Positions 60,451 through 64,000 of a DNA stretch of 64,000 bases are shown here, one piece after another. The stretch is from Microcoleus sp. GTDB taxonomy: Bacteria; Cyanobacteriota; Cyanobacteriia; Cyanobacteriales; Microcoleaceae. The position numbers and the translations under genes were made by a program. The notes below the pieces were generated by a model. That model had not been told where the DNA came from and searched no databases. It saw only the letters and a program-made list of their open reading frames with translations. Positions within the stretch are counted from its first letter, which is position 1. Every line of letters begins with the position of its first letter. The DNA is taken from the NCBI GenBank assembly GCA_042408215.1, contig JAYFMW010000008.1, forward strand, positions 160,001-224,000. Direction: 5' to 3'.

Positions 60451-61173
60451 ATGCACAATATACCCGTTGTCTCTATTCAAAATCTCAACCATTCTTTTGG
60501 TGAAGGTCAACTTAGCAAACAGACATTATTTGACATTAACCTCGAAATTTATCCCGGCGAAATCGTGTTAATGACCGGGCCTTCTGGGTCTGGAAAAACA
60601 ACATTGTTGACCTTAATTGGAGCTTTGCGATCGATCCAAGAAGGTAGCCTGAAAATTCTCGATCAAGAATTGCACGGATCGCGAAAAAATAAATTAGTAG
60701 AAGTTCGCCGCGACATCGGCTATATTTTCCAAGCTCATAACTTGCTCAAATGCTTGACTGCGCGGCAAAATGTGCAAATGTCTCTCGACTTGCACAACCA
60801 TCTTTCGGACCAAGAAACTAATGATAAAATAGAAGGAATCCTGGAAGCTGTGGGGTTGGGAGAAAGAATAGATTATTACCCAGACAGTCTTTCCGGCGGA
60901 CAAAAACAAAGAGTTGCGATCGCCCGCGCATTAGTCAGCCAACCCAAATTAATATTAGCCGACGAACCGACAGCAGCTCTAGACAGCAAATCCGGTCGAG
61001 ATGTGGTGGAAATCATGCGAGGTTTAGCCAAAGAACAGCATAGTACCATCTTGCTCGTCACCCACGATAACCGGATTTTAGACATAGCCGATCGCATCAT
61101 CCACATGGAAGACGGGCACCTCGCACAAGACACAGCGACGCCAGCTACAACAGGCGTTCTTTCCGGCAAATAA
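60451..61173 (+). CDS. devA: DevA ABC transporter ATP-binding protein
   Basis: GPSGSGKT, LSGGQKQRVAIARAL, ILADEPT; ATG follows a (CAATTAC)n heptamer tract. Confidence 0.93.
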   Translation: MHNIPVVSIQNLNHSFGEGQLSKQTLFDINLEIYPGEIVLMTGPSGSGKTTLLTLIGALRSIQEGSLKILDQELHGSRKNKLVEVRRDIGYIFQAHNLLKCLTARQNVQMSLDLHNHLSDQETNDKIEGILEAVGLGERIDYYPDSLSGGQKQRVAIARALVSQPKLILADEPTAALDSKSGRDVVEIMRGLAKEQHSTILLVTHDNRILDIADRIIHMEDGHLAQDTATPATTGVLSGK

Positions 61174-61190
61174 AGTTAATTCAAAGTCAC

Positions 61191-62103
61191 TTATTTCCGA
61201 GAATTGGGACGCTTAGCTCCTGTCTTAGTAGAACTCTTAGACGCCGTTTTACTTGAACTCTTCGTCGCACCCTTAGCACCTTTTGCACCCTTAACCGCAG
61301 TCAGTTGACTGTCCTCAGCATTCGCAGGTATGCCCCCAGCAGCTCTAGTAGTTCTAAAGGTAACATTCACCCCTTCATTCGACTGTTCCAGCACCAACAT
61401 CGGCGTCGGTTTCGCCTTTTGATCCCATTCAATGTGAACAATGCGACCTTGAATTGTCGGCTGCCAACTGTCGTGATCGTCTGAAGGACTAAGGTAAGTT
61501 TCCAAACAGTCAATAATTTGATTAATTGTCGCTGATGTTGCCCTGAGTCGGGAGTTTCATCAGCTTAATTTGAATCCGAAACAGCACTCGCTTCTCTATT
61601 TTTACAGCCGGATCGCCAGTTTCGTATTCGATATCAAACATGGAATCCACTTGTCTGCCGCTGCCGGCATTCCCAGTTTTATCTCCTACACTACCCTGAG
61701 TCGGACGCAGGGCGATACTAATTTTATCTTTGACTTTTACCTTAATTTGATTCACAATGGCAAAGTGAAAGACTTCTTCGGCCATCCGCATTCTTAGGTA
61801 GTCTAAATTAAAGTCTCGCGAGTGGATGAGGTCGGGATTTTTTTCCATTTTTGACAGGGTTTCCAGAGCCATCTTGTATTTTTTCTGGAGTTCTCGATTT
61901 CTAAACTCCTCAAACTTGAGCTTCTTGTTCAAACCATCCATTTTTAGCTTGGAAAATACCGCTAAACCGACAAGTAATAACAACAGTAATCCCGACGCTC
62001 CCATCAAGAGTTGATCGGAGGGTAAACCTCCTGGTTTAGCCTGTTTGGGCTTGGGAGAGGCTACTGCCAACCTTGGTTCTACAAGGATTATTTGGGTTGA
62101 CAT
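61191..62103 (-). pseudogene. Single membrane-anchored hypothetical gene split by a +1 frameshift
   Basis: Removing one base of the CCC at 61541-61543 fuses the two ORFs: KLPTQATSATINQIIDCLETYLSP. Confidence 0.65.
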
Positions 62104-62471
62104 GGGCTTTTAAAGGGTAAGATTTGACGCTATATTTATAGAATGCCCTGATTGGAGATCAGATTACAACTCGATGGAGCCACATTGACCTATTTTTACC
62201 ACAATCTTTCTACAACTGGATTTATACAATTGAAATGGGCACCCTAATTTATACTTTATCTTTAACTGCAAGCAGGTTTCCGAAATATCGGAAAATCCTC
62301 TGATGGCAGTGGCAAAAGCGATGGTGAATAGTCCGTGATATATTATATCAATACAATTGAAAAAAAAATGTTTTTTCAGCAGGAGCAGTTCCTAGCACAA
62401 CAGGAGTGATTTTACAGACACATAAACAGATCCTCTGCTAACATAACACCGCAACCAACCCATATTCGATC

Positions 62472-64000
62472 GTGACCTACGAACCCCTCCACCACAAATA
62501 TCGCCCCCAGAGCTTTGCCGAATTAGTCGGTCAAGAGGCGATCGCCCAAACCCTCACCAGCGCCATCCTGCAAGATCGGATAGCACCAGCATATCTATTT
62601 ACCGGCCCCAGAGGCACCGGTAAAACCTCTAGTGCTAGGATTTTTGCGAAATCCCTCAACTGTATTTCTACCGGCGCTCCCACCCCGACACCCTGCGGCA
62701 AATGCAACGTTTGTCAAGAAATTGCCAGAGGTTCCACACTAGATGTCATCGAAATTGACGCCGCCAGCAACACAGGAGTAGATAACATCCGAGATTTGAT
62801 TGAACGGGCCCAATTTTCCCCGGTGCAATGCCGCTATAAAGTATATGTGATCGACGAGTGTTTGACTGGTGATTCTCAGGTGCAAACTAGCGAAGGTCTA
62901 ATCCGCATAGATAATCCCAAAATCAAAGGAAAAAAAGTCCTCAGCTATAACGAAAGCTCAGAAGTTTGGGAATTTAAAAAAGTTTTAAGGTGGTTAGAAC
63001 AGGGTGAGAAACCAACACTGGTTATTAAGACGAGCCATCGAGAAATCAGATGCACCGGCAATCACTTAATCAGAACCGAACAAGGATGGATACCAGCAAA
63101 AGACGTAAAAGAAGGAGTGAAGATACTATCCCCTGTGAATGTGGGTGCGGCACCCTCATTCACAAAATTGGAACAGATGGACGCTTGCGGAGATTTGCCA
63201 GAGGACATCAATTTTACGGGAATACCTACGGACAAAAATCCTACGACTTGGCCTCTATTCTCGAACAGGCTCAAGCCATCCGACCTCTCTGTGCGTGTGG
63301 CTGTGGAGAACAACTCGAAATACCAGACTTTTTACAAAAAAAAGGCAAAGGGATTAAGAGCATTCAGTCTCATTGGCCGCGACATCCCTATAAAAAAGGA
63401 CATGGACTTTGGGATGCAAGAACGGAAAAGTTCTTGGCAAATGCCGAAGTTTTGCAACCAGAAACACTCGGACTCATTTACGGAACATTGCTTGGAGACG
63501 GTTCTATCACATACCCAAATAAATATAGCCGATTTCCAAGATTGGGCTGGACACACGGAGAAACGCAGCGGGAATGGTTGGAATACAAAGCCTCTTGCCT
63601 TTCGACACTGCGACCAAATTTACGAGTTACACCTAACCAAGGATACGGAAATATATCAGTCTGTTGCAACACAGTCTGCCATCCCCAACTTAGAGATGTC
63701 TTTGACGCTGTTAAACCCAACGGAAAAGGAAAATACGTCACAATGGATTGGCTCGATTGCATCACTCCCGAAGGACTTACTTGGTGGTACATGGATGATG
63801 GAGCGCTCAGCATTTCGCCAGAAGGAAGTCCAAATATTCAAATTCATACAGAAGGATATTCTGGGGAAGAAAATCAACTCATTGCCAAGTGGCTTACAGG
63901 CTTGGGATACCCAACAACAACCAAGTTTTACACAAGGTCTAACACAGGTAAAACCTACCACTACATACATATGGGCGCTGAAACCAGCAGAAAATGGGTC
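62472..64000 (+). CDS. dnaX: DNA polymerase III gamma/tau subunit, intein-containing, runs off the window end
   Basis: GTG start; YEPLHHKYRPQ, GPRGTGKT, EIDAASNTGVDNIR, KVYVIDE; frame open to 64000 and absent from the ORF track. Confidence 0.95.
   Translation, partial: MTYEPLHHKYRPQSFAELVGQEAIAQTLTSAILQDRIAPAYLFTGPRGTGKTSSARIFAKSLNCISTGAPTPTPCGKCNVCQEIARGSTLDVIEIDAASNTGVDNIRDLIERAQFSPVQCRYKVYVIDECLTGDSQVQTSEGLIRIDNPKIKGKKVLSYNESSEVWEFKKVLRWLEQGEKPTLVIKTSHREIRCTGNHLIRTEQGWIPAKDVKEGVKILSPVNVGAAPSFTKLEQMDACGDLPEDINFTGIPTDKNPTTWPLFSNRLKPSDLSVRVAVENNSKYQTFYKKKAKGLRAFSLIGRDIPIKKDMDFGMQERKSSWQMPKFCNQKHSDSFTEHCLETVLSHTQINIADFQDWAGHTEKRSGNGWNTKPLAFRHCDQIYELHLTKDTEIYQSVATQSAIPNLEMSLTLLNPTEKENTSQWIGSIASLPKDLLGGTWMMERSAFRQKEVQIFKFIQKDILGKKINSLPSGLQAWDTQQQPSFTQGLTQVKPTTTYIWALKPAENG
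62859..64000 (+). mobile_element. DnaX intein (N-terminal part) inserted after the Walker B IDE
   Basis: Block A CLTGDSQV and block B IRCTGNHLIRT after extein residue 129. Confidence 0.92.
63086..64000 (+). CDS. LAGLIDADG homing endonuclease encoded in an alternative frame inside the intein
   Basis: MDTSKRRKRRSEDTIPCECGCG..LCACGCG..GLIYGTLLGDGS..GLTWWYMDDG; open to the window end; alternative ATG at 63050. Confidence 0.88.
   Translation, partial: MDTSKRRKRRSEDTIPCECGCGTLIHKIGTDGRLRRFARGHQFYGNTYGQKSYDLASILEQAQAIRPLCACGCGEQLEIPDFLQKKGKGIKSIQSHWPRHPYKKGHGLWDARTEKFLANAEVLQPETLGLIYGTLLGDGSITYPNKYSRFPRLGWTHGETQREWLEYKASCLSTLRPNLRVTPNQGYGNISVCCNTVCHPQLRDVFDAVKPNGKGKYVTMDWLDCITPEGLTWWYMDDGALSISPEGSPNIQIHTEGYSGEENQLIAKWLTGLGYPTTTKFYTRSNTGKTYHYIHMGAETSRKWV

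Noticed and set aside
56840..61173. devBCA as the exporter of the giant toxins
   Set aside because: It is 20 kb away in a housekeeping context next to pcyA; DevBCA-type systems are known for glycolipid or small-molecule export, and no RTX-type repeats are visible in the toxins.
1..64000. tRNA, rRNA or known ncRNA genes
   Set aside because: None recognised by eye; a covariance-model scan would be needed to exclude them.

Overview
Chromosomal window from a cyanobacterium: the HIP1 octamer GCGATCGC is abundant and rbcLXS, chlI and pcyA are present; the repeat style suggests a filamentous Microcoleus/Oscillatoria-like strain (inference). Housekeeping genes are cobH, dapB, chlI, ruvC, rbcL-rbcX-rbcS, panB, tatA, pcyA, devBCA and the 5' part of dnaX. 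The left 38 kb is largely a biological-conflict region built around two giant genes of about 2,900-3,000 codons that share a DUF4114-type domain and end in different toxin tips, each followed by a candidate immunity gene. The first is broken by two nonsense codons and a frameshift, ends in an ADP-ribosyltransferase-like domain, and is trailed by orphan toxin-tail/immunity cassettes. The second is intact, ends in an HNH/AHH-like nuclease with a SUKH immunity gene, has a triplicated promoter region, and is followed by a catalytically degenerate ArgRS paralog, a CdiA-CT-like tRNase/immunity pair and small toxin-antitoxin cassettes separated by a recurring HIP1-bounded hairpin. Other notable structures: a four-helix-bundle gene enclosed by inverted heptamer arrays, a DUF559 nuclease enclosed by inverted copies of a dispersed repeat, a repeat-invaded TPR-CHAT gene, and a dnaX intein whose LAGLIDADG endonuclease lies in an overlapping alternative frame. 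All family assignments come from motif recognition by eye; no searches were run.
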